Assembly (NCBI GenBank): GCA_904397815.1
Contig: CAJFOT010000128.1
Location: 6,027-70,026, forward strand
Length of the DNA: 64,000 bases
Source of the DNA: Candidatus Paralachnospira sangeri
GTDB lineage: Bacteria > Bacillota > Clostridia > Lachnospirales > Lachnospiraceae
Reading direction: 5' to 3'
The first letter of the stretch is position 1, and every line of letters starts with the position of its first letter. The translations under genes and the position numbers were made by a program. Positions 18,001-27,594 of the stretch are shown here, one piece after another. The notes below the pieces were generated by a model. That model was not told the DNA's origin, did no database searches, and saw nothing but the letters and a program-made list of their open reading frames with translations.

Positions 18001-19395
18001 ATGCAAGAAAAAAGTTTAAGTTCAGCACAGGTAAATAAATATGGCTTTTACCTGCTGACTTCGTCATTGGCGGCGATGGTTCAGATGACATATCTGACGA
18101 TTTTTATGACAGATATTATTATGATTCCCACGGCAGTGGTTGCCTCTACCCTTCTGATTGCCAGAATCATAGATTTTCTGATCGGCGTGATCTGCGGCGG
18201 TATTATTGAAAAGTTCCGGATGCCATGGGGAAAGTATCGTTCCTGGCTTCTGGTACTTCGGTGGGTAATTATCTTTTCACTGGTATGTTCATTCTTTGAC
18301 ACATCCAGCTGGCCGGTTGCGTTCCGTGTAGGTGTGTCTTTCATCGGATATTTCCTGCTGAATGCGGGTATGAGTTTTACAACAAATGCGTATTATGCGT
18401 TGGGGCCGGCGCTGGCAGGAGCAAATCTCAATGACCGTAACCGGCTCAGCGCCCGCGGTGCTCAGTTTATGTGTGTGGCAATGCTGATTACATCTGCGCT
18501 GACCATTCCGCTGGTTACAGCCCTGACACCTGTTGTCGGACCTGCCAATGCTTATCTGATCGTAGCGGTGGTATTTGCCCTGCCCTATATCGGAGGCTGC
18601 CAGATGGTTTCCAATATGTGCCGTGAGTGTGATCCTTCCGGAAAGGCGGAAAAAGGCGGTGCTCAGGCTGGCCCTACTGTAACGCTGGGTGATATGGTCC
18701 GTTCCGTAACACAGAATTCACAGCTGCTGGTTTTGTTTATCGCATATACGATCTATTATATCGGTCTGTATGTGATTTCCGGCCTGGGTACATATTATTT
18801 TACTTATATTGTCGGAGATTTCATGAAAATGTCAGTCAGCATGACAATTACCATGATTACCGGTTTTATCGCTTCTCTGATAATGCCGAAGCTGGGCGGG
18901 AAACTGGGCAAGAAGAAAGCCTTTGTTACCGCGCTGGTTGTATACGCATTGGCTTATGCATGTGTATTCTTCATTGGCGGCAACTGGCCTTTCTATACAC
19001 TGTGCGGCGCGATTGGCGGCGGTGCTGTATACCTGTTCTCCAGTTTTGGCGCAAACTACTTTGTTGACTGCGGTGAGTATCACCTGCACAAGACAGGAAA
19101 AGATACCAGAACAATCGCCATTACGATGTACTCGGTTCCGATGAAAATCGGCATGGCACTGGGCGGCGCGATCGCTACTTACGGACTGGCTTTTATCGGC
19201 TATCATGCCGGCATGACCATCGACGGCGCGTTCCAGACTAAATTTATGTTCCTGTTATCCATTATTCCTGCGGTCCTCGTGCTGATTGGCGCGCTGATTA
19301 TGCTCATTGGCTACAAGATTACTGATGAAGACGCAGCAAGATATGCGGCGGAAAATGCCGCAAGAGCTGCGGAGGCTGCCGCAACAAAGGAATAA
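18001..19395 (+). CDS. MFS transporter, glycoside-pentoside-hexuronide (GPH):cation symporter family
   Basis: 464 aa with about 12 TM helices and a GPH-like N-terminus (YGFYLLTSSLAAMVQMTYLTIFMTD). Confidence 0.8.
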   Translation: MQEKSLSSAQVNKYGFYLLTSSLAAMVQMTYLTIFMTDIIMIPTAVVASTLLIARIIDFLIGVICGGIIEKFRMPWGKYRSWLLVLRWVIIFSLVCSFFDTSSWPVAFRVGVSFIGYFLLNAGMSFTTNAYYALGPALAGANLNDRNRLSARGAQFMCVAMLITSALTIPLVTALTPVVGPANAYLIVAVVFALPYIGGCQMVSNMCRECDPSGKAEKGGAQAGPTVTLGDMVRSVTQNSQLLVLFIAYTIYYIGLYVISGLGTYYFTYIVGDFMKMSVSMTITMITGFIASLIMPKLGGKLGKKKAFVTALVVYALAYACVFFIGGNWPFYTLCGAIGGGAVYLFSSFGANYFVDCGEYHLHKTGKDTRTIAITMYSVPMKIGMALGGAIATYGLAFIGYHAGMTIDGAFQTKFMFLLSIIPAVLVLIGALIMLIGYKITDEDAARYAAENAARAAEAAATKE

Positions 19396-19414
19396 GTGAG
19401 GAAAGGAAAAAGAT

Positions 19415-20449
19415 ATGGCAAAAATGACAGAAAAAGAAAATTATCTGAGAACTCTGCGGGGAGAACAGCCTGAATGGGTGCCGGTATATAGTTTTGGACC
19501 CATGCCGGGGCAGGAACGGCCGTGTACCTCCTGTATGCTGGAGCCTTTGATCCTCAGTGAATTCCGCTTCAATGGCGGCGGGAAGGACTGCTGGGGCGTA
19601 ACCTATGTGCCCACCAAGGAAACCGGCAATGCTCTTCTTCCCAAACCGGGAGAATTTATTCTGGATGACATCCGTCACTGGCGGGATGTGATCAAAGCGC
19701 CGTCACTGGATGGCATTGACTGGGAAGCGATGGCAAATAAGCAGCTGGAAGGCTTTTATAAAATGGGTGTAAACCGAGAGGATACCGCTATTGCCCTGAA
19801 CCTGCATGTAGGATATTTCCAGAATCTGATGGCGTTTATGGGATTTACTGAAGGACTGTGCGCTATGTTCGAGGAACCTGAAGAAGTGAAAGCACTCTTT
19901 GATTATATGTGTGATTTCTACACAGAGGTTACCCGTCAGATCTGGCCTTATGTGAAACCTGATGTGCTGACTCTGATGGATGATACCGCTACCTGGCGGG
20001 CACCTTTCATCTCTGCTGAGATGTATCGGGAGCTGGTATTGCCTTTCCATGACAGACAGGCGAAATTTGGACGAGATGCGGGTATTCCCATTACCATGCA
20101 CAACTGCGGGCGGGCAGAAGATTTTATGGAAGACCTGCGCGGGATCGGCGTCAATGCCTGGGATCCTGCCCAGACATGCAATGATCTGAAAGGAGTGCAG
20201 GAAAAGTTTGGAAACAGCCTTGTGCTGATGGGATGCTGGGACGCAAGAGACCGGCTGATGGCCCCTGATGCAACAGAAGAGGAAATCCGCCAGTCAGTTC
20301 GGGATACCATGGATACTTACGCGCCCGGCGGCGGATTTTGCTGGTGCGGCGGATATCTGGGCGCTGTCGGTGACGAGGAAATCAACAGAAGGAATGCGAT
20401 TCTGTTCGATGAGGTATATAAATACGGCGATGCTTTCTACAAAAAATAA
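19415..20449 (+). CDS. URO-D-superfamily protein, MtaA/CmuA-like putative methyltransferase (paralogue 1)
   Basis: 344 aa with LRGEQPEWVP, DDTATWRAPFISAEMYRELVLPF and MHNCG (an HxC motif), plus later Cys residues (FCWCGGY). It starts 19 nt after the transporter stop. Confidence 0.75.
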   Translation: MAKMTEKENYLRTLRGEQPEWVPVYSFGPMPGQERPCTSCMLEPLILSEFRFNGGGKDCWGVTYVPTKETGNALLPKPGEFILDDIRHWRDVIKAPSLDGIDWEAMANKQLEGFYKMGVNREDTAIALNLHVGYFQNLMAFMGFTEGLCAMFEEPEEVKALFDYMCDFYTEVTRQIWPYVKPDVLTLMDDTATWRAPFISAEMYRELVLPFHDRQAKFGRDAGIPITMHNCGRAEDFMEDLRGIGVNAWDPAQTCNDLKGVQEKFGNSLVLMGCWDARDRLMAPDATEEEIRQSVRDTMDTYAPGGGFCWCGGYLGAVGDEEINRRNAILFDEVYKYGDAFYKK

Positions 20450-20567
20450 TATCAGCTTAATGTCATTTGCTTTATAATGAAAGTATTGCAGAGACTTGCT
20501 TACGGAGCCTTCCTTGAATTACAGAGAAGGCTTCGCGGCGCAACAATAAAAAGGGGGAAAAGAATTT

Positions 20568-21653
20568 ATGACAGTTGGAAAATTTATGCAGACAGCGGCA
20601 AATCGTGATTACTCAAAAGAATGGCAGGCTCCGGGCAGCTTTCCCTGGATTATCCAGAGACCGAAAGAGCCTATTACGGGAAGACCTTACAGCGTAAGGG
20701 AGAACTATATTCGCTGTGTAAAGGGAGAACAGCCTTACTGGATGCCCTGCTACATGTATGAAACCAATACGATCTGGCCGGACGCCATGGAAGAGCATCC
20801 TGTTCCCGAGGTAGACGGCTATGACTGGTGGGGTGTATACTGGACAATGGTAGAGTCAGTAGGCGGCATGATTACGAAACCAGGGACCAGAACCATTTCT
20901 GATTTTGCAAAGTGGAAGGAAGAACTGGAGTGGCCGGATCTGTCTGTAGTGGATTTCAAGACAGACGGCGAGAAGATTCAGAAGATGCTGGACCCCGAAC
21001 GGGCTCATATCTATGAGAGCGTGGAAGGCATTTTTGAGCGTCTTCATGAGATGATTCCTTTTGACGAATCTTTGATGGCTTTCTATGAGGAACCGGAACT
21101 GCTGGAAGAGTTTTTCCAGAAGATGGCGGACTATAAAATAGAGTCTACTCAGAAGATCTTTGATTATTATGGCCGGGTGGACGGCGTTCTCTATCATGAT
21201 GACTGGGGGACCCAGAGAGCAGGCTTCTTCTCGAATAAGATGTTCCGTGAGCAGCTGATGCCGGCTACAAGCCGTTATCTGAAATTTATCAAGGATCAGG
21301 GCAAGTTTATTGAGCTCCATTCCTGCGGCAAAAATGTACAGTACGTTCCGGAGATGATCGAGATGGGCATCGATATGTGGACCCCTCAGTCCGGAATTAA
21401 TGATCCTGATTATCTGTATGAAAACTATGGCGATCAGATGACCTTTGCCTTCTTTGTACAGATCGACCCGAAAGCAGATGAGGCTGAGGTAAGAAGAGTA
21501 GTCAGAGATTTCGTTGATCATTTTGGCGCAAAAGGCCGGTGTATGCCTTGCTTCATGACAGATATGAGCAATCCGATGCAGGATACTGTTGCTAAGGATG
21601 AGCTGTACAACTATTCACTGGAATACTACAATAAACTGTACAACAGAGGCTGA
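20568..21653 (+). CDS. URO-D-superfamily protein, MtaA/CmuA-like putative methyltransferase (paralogue 2)
   Basis: 361 aa with VKGEQPYWMP, HDDWGTQRAGFFSNKMFREQLMP and LHSCG (an HxC motif), plus CMPC. It is collinear with paralogue 1. Confidence 0.75.
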   Translation: MTVGKFMQTAANRDYSKEWQAPGSFPWIIQRPKEPITGRPYSVRENYIRCVKGEQPYWMPCYMYETNTIWPDAMEEHPVPEVDGYDWWGVYWTMVESVGGMITKPGTRTISDFAKWKEELEWPDLSVVDFKTDGEKIQKMLDPERAHIYESVEGIFERLHEMIPFDESLMAFYEEPELLEEFFQKMADYKIESTQKIFDYYGRVDGVLYHDDWGTQRAGFFSNKMFREQLMPATSRYLKFIKDQGKFIELHSCGKNVQYVPEMIEMGIDMWTPQSGINDPDYLYENYGDQMTFAFFVQIDPKADEAEVRRVVRDFVDHFGAKGRCMPCFMTDMSNPMQDTVAKDELYNYSLEYYNKLYNRG

Positions 21654-21664
21654 TAAAACACACA

Positions 21665-21706
21665 GAGGGGATTTCTTTCCGGATTCTTCCGTGAAGAAAT
21701 CCCCTC
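21665..21706 (+). terminator. Strong hairpin after URO-D paralogue 2
   Basis: gaggggatttctt (21665-21677) and aagaaatcccctc (21694-21706) form a perfect 13-bp stem. The T tract is weak. Confidence 0.5.
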
Positions 21707-21775
21707 AACTGTCTTAACAAATCACCGGTTTTATGATATGATGGCTGTGTACGTATTACGACAGGAGGACTTAAA

Positions 21776-22825
21776 ATGGGGAAAAAATACGCAGCCTATG
21801 TAGGTTCCTATACATTTATCGGAAACAGTAAAGGCATTACGATTTATGATGTAGATGTAGAAAAAGGACGTCTCACAAAAAAAGGCGAGGCGATAGTTAA
21901 TAATTCATCATATCTGGCGGTATCCCATGACCGGAAGTATCTGTATTCGATTGTTGATGAGGGAATTGCCAGCTTCCGTATTCTTGAGGATGGCATGCTG
22001 GAACAGATGAATATCGCCACAATCCAGGGGATGAGGGGCTGCTATTTGTTCCTGGACCCTACTGACCGGTATATTTTTGTCAGCGGATATCATGATGGAA
22101 AACTGACTGTTCTGAATATCCGGGAGAATCATACTGTGGGAAGCATTACTGATTTTGTATTTCATAAAGGGATTGGGAGTGTTGCTGAAAAAACCCATCA
22201 GCCCCATATCAGCTGTGTCATGATGACACCGGATTCGAAATATGTGTGCGCGGTGGATTCCGGCATTGACCAGATTAAAGTGTACAGCTTTAATTATGAA
22301 ACCGGTCGGCTGGCGCTGGCTGATATTGTCCGCTGTGATCTGGAGTCCGGTCCCCATCATATGATGTTCAGTAATGACGGGCGGTTTATGTATGTTGTAT
22401 GCGAACTGAAAAAGCATATCTGTGTTTATTCCTATGACGGAAACGGGGCTTCTCCCTGTTTCGAGCTGGTTCAGAGGATTTTTACAGTGCGAAAAAACGC
22501 CAGCAGCGTCAGCGCAGCCTGCGCCATTGAGATGACATCGGATAACCGATATCTGTTCTGTTCCAACGCCGGGGACAACAGTGTCTGCATTTTCCAGAGA
22601 GACGCTGAGAGCGGCAGACTGTCCGTGATGCGGATTCTTCCCATCAGCGGTGACTACCCGAAAGACATCGGCCTCTTTCCCGATGACCGTCATCTGTTTT
22701 CCGTCAACCATGAGTCAGGTTCTCTGACCTTTTTCACTGTCAATTACGAAAAAGGGCTGATTATCATGAACCAGGTCCCCATCAGCGTGGATGAGCCAAA
22801 CTGCGGGCTGATTGTGGAACTGTGA
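21776..22825 (+). CDS. Lactonase, 7-bladed beta-propeller (6-phosphogluconolactonase-like)
   Basis: 349 aa. AYVGSYT...GITIYDVD..., with repeated blade-like segments and ...HLFSVNHESGSLTFF. It has its own TTAACA-17-TATGAT promoter-like element upstream. Confidence 0.8.
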   Translation: MGKKYAAYVGSYTFIGNSKGITIYDVDVEKGRLTKKGEAIVNNSSYLAVSHDRKYLYSIVDEGIASFRILEDGMLEQMNIATIQGMRGCYLFLDPTDRYIFVSGYHDGKLTVLNIRENHTVGSITDFVFHKGIGSVAEKTHQPHISCVMMTPDSKYVCAVDSGIDQIKVYSFNYETGRLALADIVRCDLESGPHHMMFSNDGRFMYVVCELKKHICVYSYDGNGASPCFELVQRIFTVRKNASSVSAACAIEMTSDNRYLFCSNAGDNSVCIFQRDAESGRLSVMRILPISGDYPKDIGLFPDDRHLFSVNHESGSLTFFTVNYEKGLIIMNQVPISVDEPNCGLIVEL

Positions 22826-22893
22826 CAGTTTTGGCGGGCTGGAGGTTTTATCCGGAAGGGAACGATAAGCAGGTATTTTTTGGAGGGAATATT

Positions 22894-23556
22894 TTGACAA
22901 AGGAAGAATTTTTAATCCGTATCAAAGAAGATGAAGAATATTCACCTGGCTGGCAGGCGATTGATGACGCTTTTGAAGCTTTGTACCCTGGCCAGACTCC
23001 GAATCACTTCGGAACGCTTCTGACTTCGAGGGCAATATTCGGCGGCGATCAGTATTTAGACGGATTTTCTGTATATACTTCTCCAAAAGGCTATAAGCAT
23101 CTGGTTACGTATGGGATGACAGTGCTTTACGGCGATGAGGACGCTTTCGGCGGTGAATGGAACGGCTGGGGCTACGAAATGACTATAAAACTGAAAGAAA
23201 AAGACACGGAAAGCTGTATGTGGGCAATTGATATGCTGTCTAACCTTGCGGGATACACATACAAAACCAGCCGTTATTTTGAACCGGGCCAATATGTGAA
23301 AGGCAACGGCACCTCCCTTCATATTGGCGCAGATTCTCTGATTACAGCGCTTTTGCTGGTAAACGATACCGAGGCCAAACCGCAGATGTCCGTGTATGGA
23401 AAAACAGAATTTATCCAGCTTGTCGGAATAACTGAGTCGGAAATTCAGGCGCTCATCAGGGATCGAAACAATATTTCCAGGCTGATTGAACTGATGAAAG
23501 CGGATGGAAATGAGGATCTGGTTACAGATATGAGAAGGTCCAAATCGTATTTGTAA
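22894..23556 (+). CDS. SUFU-like (suppressor-of-fused) domain protein
   Basis: WQAIDDAFEALYPGQTPNHFGT...DGFSVYTSPKGYKHLVTYGMT...WGYEMTIKL is typical of bacterial SUFU-family proteins. I chose the TTG at 22894 (GGAGGG 6 nt upstream) over the track start at 22822. Confidence 0.7.
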   Translation: MTKEEFLIRIKEDEEYSPGWQAIDDAFEALYPGQTPNHFGTLLTSRAIFGGDQYLDGFSVYTSPKGYKHLVTYGMTVLYGDEDAFGGEWNGWGYEMTIKLKEKDTESCMWAIDMLSNLAGYTYKTSRYFEPGQYVKGNGTSLHIGADSLITALLLVNDTEAKPQMSVYGKTEFIQLVGITESEIQALIRDRNNISRLIELMKADGNEDLVTDMRRSKSYL

Positions 23557-23730
23557 CCCTAAGAAAATATCAGGCCTCCACATGTCTGTCCCCGTCCCTG
23601 CACAGACCAATGCTGATAAAACATGGCATTGTTAACCGGCCTGCTGTCTGACGCAATGTATGGCTTTCACTTCTGTTCTTCTTACAAGATATAAGGCTAC
23701 GTGACAGCGTTTTTGCTGGCTTTTTCATTC

Positions 23731-23864
23731 AGCGGCCAGTATTCAGAACCGCCGGACAGGGAAGCAGCGCTGTACCCCGGAGCGCTGCTTCCCTGTCCGG
23801 CGGTTCGTTCCTCCCGGTCTCTTTGTCTGCCTGCACACCGCAGTGCATCTGGATACTGGCCGCT
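23731..23864. repeat. Nested perfect inverted repeats in a gene-free region
   Basis: The outer 12-bp arms are agcggccagtat (23731-23742) and atactggccgct (23853-23864). The inner 26-bp arms are gaaccgccggacagggaagcagcgct (23746-23771) and the exact complement (23781-23806), with a 9-nt loop. Confidence 0.9.
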
Positions 23865-24000
23865 GCAAGAACCCCCATATATTTTGTCGTTTTTTTCTGT
23901 TTGCGCTCCCTTTCTCTTTGTGATAAAATATAATCATCCTTTCAAAAACAGTTCATTTTTTCGTCCCATCGTTTCTATTTCGTGTTCTTTTATTTTCCGG

Positions 24001-24029
24001 TTGACTTTTTTATAAAAGTATACTAATAT
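24001..24029 (+). promoter_or_regulatory. recA promoter
   Basis: TTGACT (24001-24006), a 17-nt spacer and TAATAT (24024-24029). Confidence 0.6.
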
Positions 24030-24037
24030 GTATTTAT

Positions 24038-24051
24038 CGAACAAATGTTCA
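24038..24051. promoter_or_regulatory. LexA (Cheo/SOS) box
   Basis: cGAACaaatGTTCa matches the Gram-positive GAAC-N4-GTTC consensus. It lies just downstream of the -10 and upstream of the recA RBS. Confidence 0.8.
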
Positions 24052-24083
24052 TAGAAGACCGGCTGATTATGGAGGGTAATGAT

Positions 24084-25151
24084 ATGGTTAAAGAAGATAA
24101 ATTAAAAGCGCTGGATGCCGCTTTGACACAGATTGAGAAGCAGTATGGCAAAGGTTCTGTGATGAAGCTGGGGGATTCGAACGCTCATATGAATATTGAG
24201 ACAGTTCCGACCGGTTCCCTGAGTCTTGATATCGCTCTGGGGCTGGGAGGTGTTCCCAAGGGCAGAATTATCGAGATCTATGGGCCGGAGTCCAGCGGCA
24301 AAACGACGGTTGCCCTGCACATGGTGGCGGAAGTGCAGAAACGGGACGGCATCGCCGGCTTCATTGACGCGGAACATGCTCTGGATCCTGTTTATGCGAA
24401 GAATATCGGCGTAGATGTGGATAATCTTTATATTTCCCAGCCTGATAACGGCGAGCAGGCGCTGGAGATCGCGGAAACGATGGTTCGTTCCGGAGCGATT
24501 GATATTGTGATTATTGATTCAGTAGCTGCTCTGGTGCCGAAAGCAGAGATTGACGGAGATATGGGGGATGCTCATGTGGGCCTTCAGGCCCGGCTGATGT
24601 CCCAGGCACTGCGGAAGCTGACAGCCTGCATCAGCAAGTCCAATTGTGTTGTTATTTTTATTAACCAGCTTCGTGAGAAGGTGGGGGTGATGTTTGGCAA
24701 TCCGGAGACCACCACCGGCGGCCGGGCACTGAAGTTTTATTCCTCGATCCGTCTGGATGTGCGCAGAATCGAGGCATTAAAGCAGGGCGGAGAGATTATC
24801 GGCAACCGCACCCGCATTAAGGTGGTAAAGAATAAAATTGCCCCGCCCTTTAAAGAGGCGGAGTTTGATATTATGTTCGGAAAGGGAATTTCCAGGGAGG
24901 GCGATATTCTGGATCTGGCGGCGAAGGTCGGGATTGTGGAGAAGAGCGGCGCCTGGTATGCCTATAACCAGGATAAAATCGGCCAGGGCCGGGAGAACGC
25001 GAAAATTTTCCTCCAGAATAATCCTGATATCATGGCGGAAATTGATCAGAAGGTGAGAGCTTACTATCATGTGGGAGAACCGGCTGATCAGGCGGCCCGG
25101 ACGGATATTCCGAGTTCTTCTGATAACGATGAAAATTCTGCTGATATGTAA
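24084..25151 (+). CDS. recA: Recombinase RecA
   Basis: [30 protein letters not shown], with Walker [11 protein letters not shown] chose the ATG at 24084 (GGAGGG 7 nt upstream) over the track start at 24045. Confidence 0.97.
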   Translation: MVKEDKLKALDAALTQIEKQYGKGSVMKLGDSNAHMNIETVPTGSLSLDIALGLGGVPKGRIIEIYGPESSGKTTVALHMVAEVQKRDGIAGFIDAEHALDPVYAKNIGVDVDNLYISQPDNGEQALEIAETMVRSGAIDIVIIDSVAALVPKAEIDGDMGDAHVGLQARLMSQALRKLTACISKSNCVVIFINQLREKVGVMFGNPETTTGGRALKFYSSIRLDVRRIEALKQGGEIIGNRTRIKVVKNKIAPPFKEAEFDIMFGKGISREGDILDLAAKVGIVEKSGAWYAYNQDKIGQGRENAKIFLQNNPDIMAEIDQKVRAYYHVGEPADQAARTDIPSSSDNDENSADM

Positions 25152-25210
25152 CAAATGTTGTGTAAATTGTTCTAATTTTCACAAAATAATGTTATAAATA
25201 TCCAATACAC

Positions 25211-25239
25211 TTGACAGGGGACCAAAAACAGTTTAAAAT
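25211..25239 (+). promoter_or_regulatory. rny promoter
   Basis: TTGACA (25211-25216), a 17-nt spacer and TAAAAT (25234-25239). Confidence 0.55.
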
Positions 25240-25292
25240 TTAGATGTTGTATTTGTACAATGAAAACTAAATAAGGAGGTGCTCCTGAATCG

Positions 25293-26840
25293 ATGGGTAG
25301 TTATATCATTGCTGTGTTGATCACACTTTGTGTTGTGGCACCTATTACTTGGTTTTCCGCTATTGCCTACCGGAAGAAGGTTTATGAGGACAAAATCGGG
25401 AAAGCAGAGGAAAAATCAAGAGAGATAATAGATGAAGCATTGAAGGTCGCTGAAACGAAAAAGCGGGAAGCCCTTTTGGAAGCCAAAGAGGAATCTTTGA
25501 AGACCAAAAACGAGCTGGAAAAAGAGACCAGAGAGCGTAGAAATGAGCTGCAGCGATATGAGCGCCGGGTTTTGAACAAGGAAGAAAACCTGGACAAGAA
25601 GGCTGACGCCCTGGAAAAACGCGAAGCAGGATTAGCAGCAAAGGAAGATTCATTGAACAGGCGGAGCAAAGAAGTGGAAACACTTTTTGCGAAGCAGGAA
25701 CAGGAACTGGAACGTATTTCCGGACTAACCTCCGAACAGGCAAAGGAATATCTTTTAAAAACTGTTGAAGAAGATGTAAAGCATGACACTGCGAAAATGA
25801 TCAAGGAGCTGGAAAGCCGCGCAAAGGAAGAAGCGAACAAGAAGGCGAAGGAGTATGTGGTAACCGCAATACAGAAATGTGCCGCAGACCATGTAGCAGA
25901 GACGACGATTTCTGTGGTCCAGCTTCCCAATGATGAGATGAAAGGACGCATCATCGGACGGGAAGGCCGCAATATCCGTACGCTGGAAACGCTGACAGGT
26001 GTGGATCTGATTATTGACGATACCCCTGAAGCGGTTGTTTTATCCGCTTTTGATCCAATCCGCCGAGAAGTGGCCCGTATTACACTGGAAAAATTGATTC
26101 TGGACGGCCGTATTCATCCGGCCAGAATTGAAGAAATGGTGGAAAAGGCACAGAAGGAAGTGGACACTATTATCCGTGAGGAAGGTGAGGCCGCGGTTCT
26201 GGAAGTAGGGATTCACGGAATTCACCCGGAACTGGTCAAGCTGCTGGGTAAAATGCGGTTCAGAACCAGCTATGGTCAGAACGCATTGAAGCATTCTATT
26301 GAGGTGGCTCATTTGTCAGGGCTTCTGGCGGGAGAGATCGGACTGGATGTGCGTCTGGCAAAGCGGGCCGGATTATTACATGATATCGGCAAGGCAGTGG
26401 ATCACGAAATGGAGGGCTCTCATATTCAGCTGGGTGTAGAACTTTGTAAAAAATACAAAGAATCTGCAGTTGTAATCAACGCAGTGGAATCTCATCACGG
26501 AGATGTGGAACCCACATCCCTGATCGCGTGCATTGTGCAGGCGGCTGATACGATTTCCGCGGCGCGTCCGGGCGCGAGAAGAGAGACATTAGAAACATAT
26601 ACCAACAGATTAAAACAATTAGAAGATATTACGAATTCCTTTAAAGGAGTAGACAAATCTTTTGCTGTTCAGGCAGGACGTGAAATTCGAATTATGGTAA
26701 TTCCCGAACAGGTCAGCGATGATGACATGGTGTTACTTGCAAGAAATATTTCAAAGCAGATCGAATCAGAATTGGAATATCCGGGACAGATAAAAGTCAA
26801 TGTAATCCGCGAATCAAGGGTTACAGACTATGCTAAATAA
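25293..26840 (+). CDS. rny: Ribonuclease Y
   Basis: 515 aa with an N-terminal TM helix, a Lys/Glu-rich coiled coil, a KH domain ([12 protein letters not shown]) and an HD domain (LLHDIGK). Confidence 0.97.
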   Translation: MGSYIIAVLITLCVVAPITWFSAIAYRKKVYEDKIGKAEEKSREIIDEALKVAETKKREALLEAKEESLKTKNELEKETRERRNELQRYERRVLNKEENLDKKADALEKREAGLAAKEDSLNRRSKEVETLFAKQEQELERISGLTSEQAKEYLLKTVEEDVKHDTAKMIKELESRAKEEANKKAKEYVVTAIQKCAADHVAETTISVVQLPNDEMKGRIIGREGRNIRTLETLTGVDLIIDDTPEAVVLSAFDPIRREVARITLEKLILDGRIHPARIEEMVEKAQKEVDTIIREEGEAAVLEVGIHGIHPELVKLLGKMRFRTSYGQNALKHSIEVAHLSGLLAGEIGLDVRLAKRAGLLHDIGKAVDHEMEGSHIQLGVELCKKYKESAVVINAVESHHGDVEPTSLIACIVQAADTISAARPGARRETLETYTNRLKQLEDITNSFKGVDKSFAVQAGREIRIMVIPEQVSDDDMVLLARNISKQIESELEYPGQIKVNVIRESRVTDYAK

Positions 26841-26853
26841 AACATGAAAATAC

Positions 26854-26888
26854 AAAAAGCTCGAAATATCATTTCGGGCTTTTTGTTT
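26854..26888 (+). terminator. Rho-independent terminator of rny
   Basis: The stem is gctcgaaa/tttcgggc (26859-26879, one G-U pair). It is flanked by an A-run upstream and followed by TTTTTGTTT. Confidence 0.75.
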
Positions 26889-26930
26889 CATAAAAGGTTT
26901 TATGGCAATATCACGCAGAAAGGAGCGAAA

Positions 26931-27464
26931 ATGGAAGAAATCAAAAGAATAAATCGGGAACTGAAATGCAAAGGGGCGATCGTGGATTTTTATTCCGATA
27001 CGATGCTGCTGCCTAACGGGCATACAGCCCAGTGGGATTATATCGCCCATAAAGGAGCTGCCGCTGTGGTTCCGGTGACAGATGACGGGAAAATTCTGAT
27101 GGTGCGTCAGTACCGGAACGCACTGGAGCGGTATACACTGGAAATCCCGGCAGGTTCATTAAACTATGCCGGGGAGCCGAAAATTGACTGTGCTTTCCGG
27201 GAACTGGAGGAGGAGACTGGTTACAGGGCGGAGACGCTGGATCATCTGCTGGACATCAACACCACAGTGGCATTCTGCAACGAGCTGATCGGCGTATATG
27301 TGGCCAGAAAACTGATCCCGTCCAGACAGCATCTGGATGAAGATGAATTCCTGAATGTACAGGCCTATGACCTGGATGAACTGTTGAAAATGATCGATGA
27401 GAAAAAGATAACAGACGGAAAGACTGTTGCGGCGCTGCTGGCCTATAAACTGAAATACGCTTAA
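26931..27464 (+). CDS. NUDIX hydrolase (ADP-ribose pyrophosphatase-like)
   Basis: The Nudix box is GSLNYAGEPKIDCAFRELEEETGY. I chose the ATG at 26931 (AAAGGAG upstream), because the track start at 26844 lies in the rny terminator. Confidence 0.85.
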   Translation: MEEIKRINRELKCKGAIVDFYSDTMLLPNGHTAQWDYIAHKGAAAVVPVTDDGKILMVRQYRNALERYTLEIPAGSLNYAGEPKIDCAFRELEEETGYRAETLDHLLDINTTVAFCNELIGVYVARKLIPSRQHLDEDEFLNVQAYDLDELLKMIDEKKITDGKTVAALLAYKLKYA

Positions 27465-27594
27465 ATTCCGGGCGCAGAGCGGTTTTCTCCGGAATGGAAT
27501 CAGCCGGATATCCGTTGAAGTTACGGACGCGTCAGCAGGCATGGCATAAAGAAAAAAATATGGGCATATAGTGGATGAGAGAGGAGAAGGCTTT

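Noticed and set aside
20450-20567. A 7-bp hairpin (agccttc/gaaggct) between the two URO-D paralogues.
   Set aside because: It is weak, lacks a U-tract and is not repeated elsewhere. It is probably incidental or a minor mRNA stability element.
23701-24015. A 104-aa plus-strand ORF and a 64-aa minus-strand ORF in the gap upstream of recA.
   Set aside because: They have a GTG or poor start with no RBS. The translation runs straight through both arms of the 26-bp palindrome and through T-rich promoter DNA. The composition is not protein-like.
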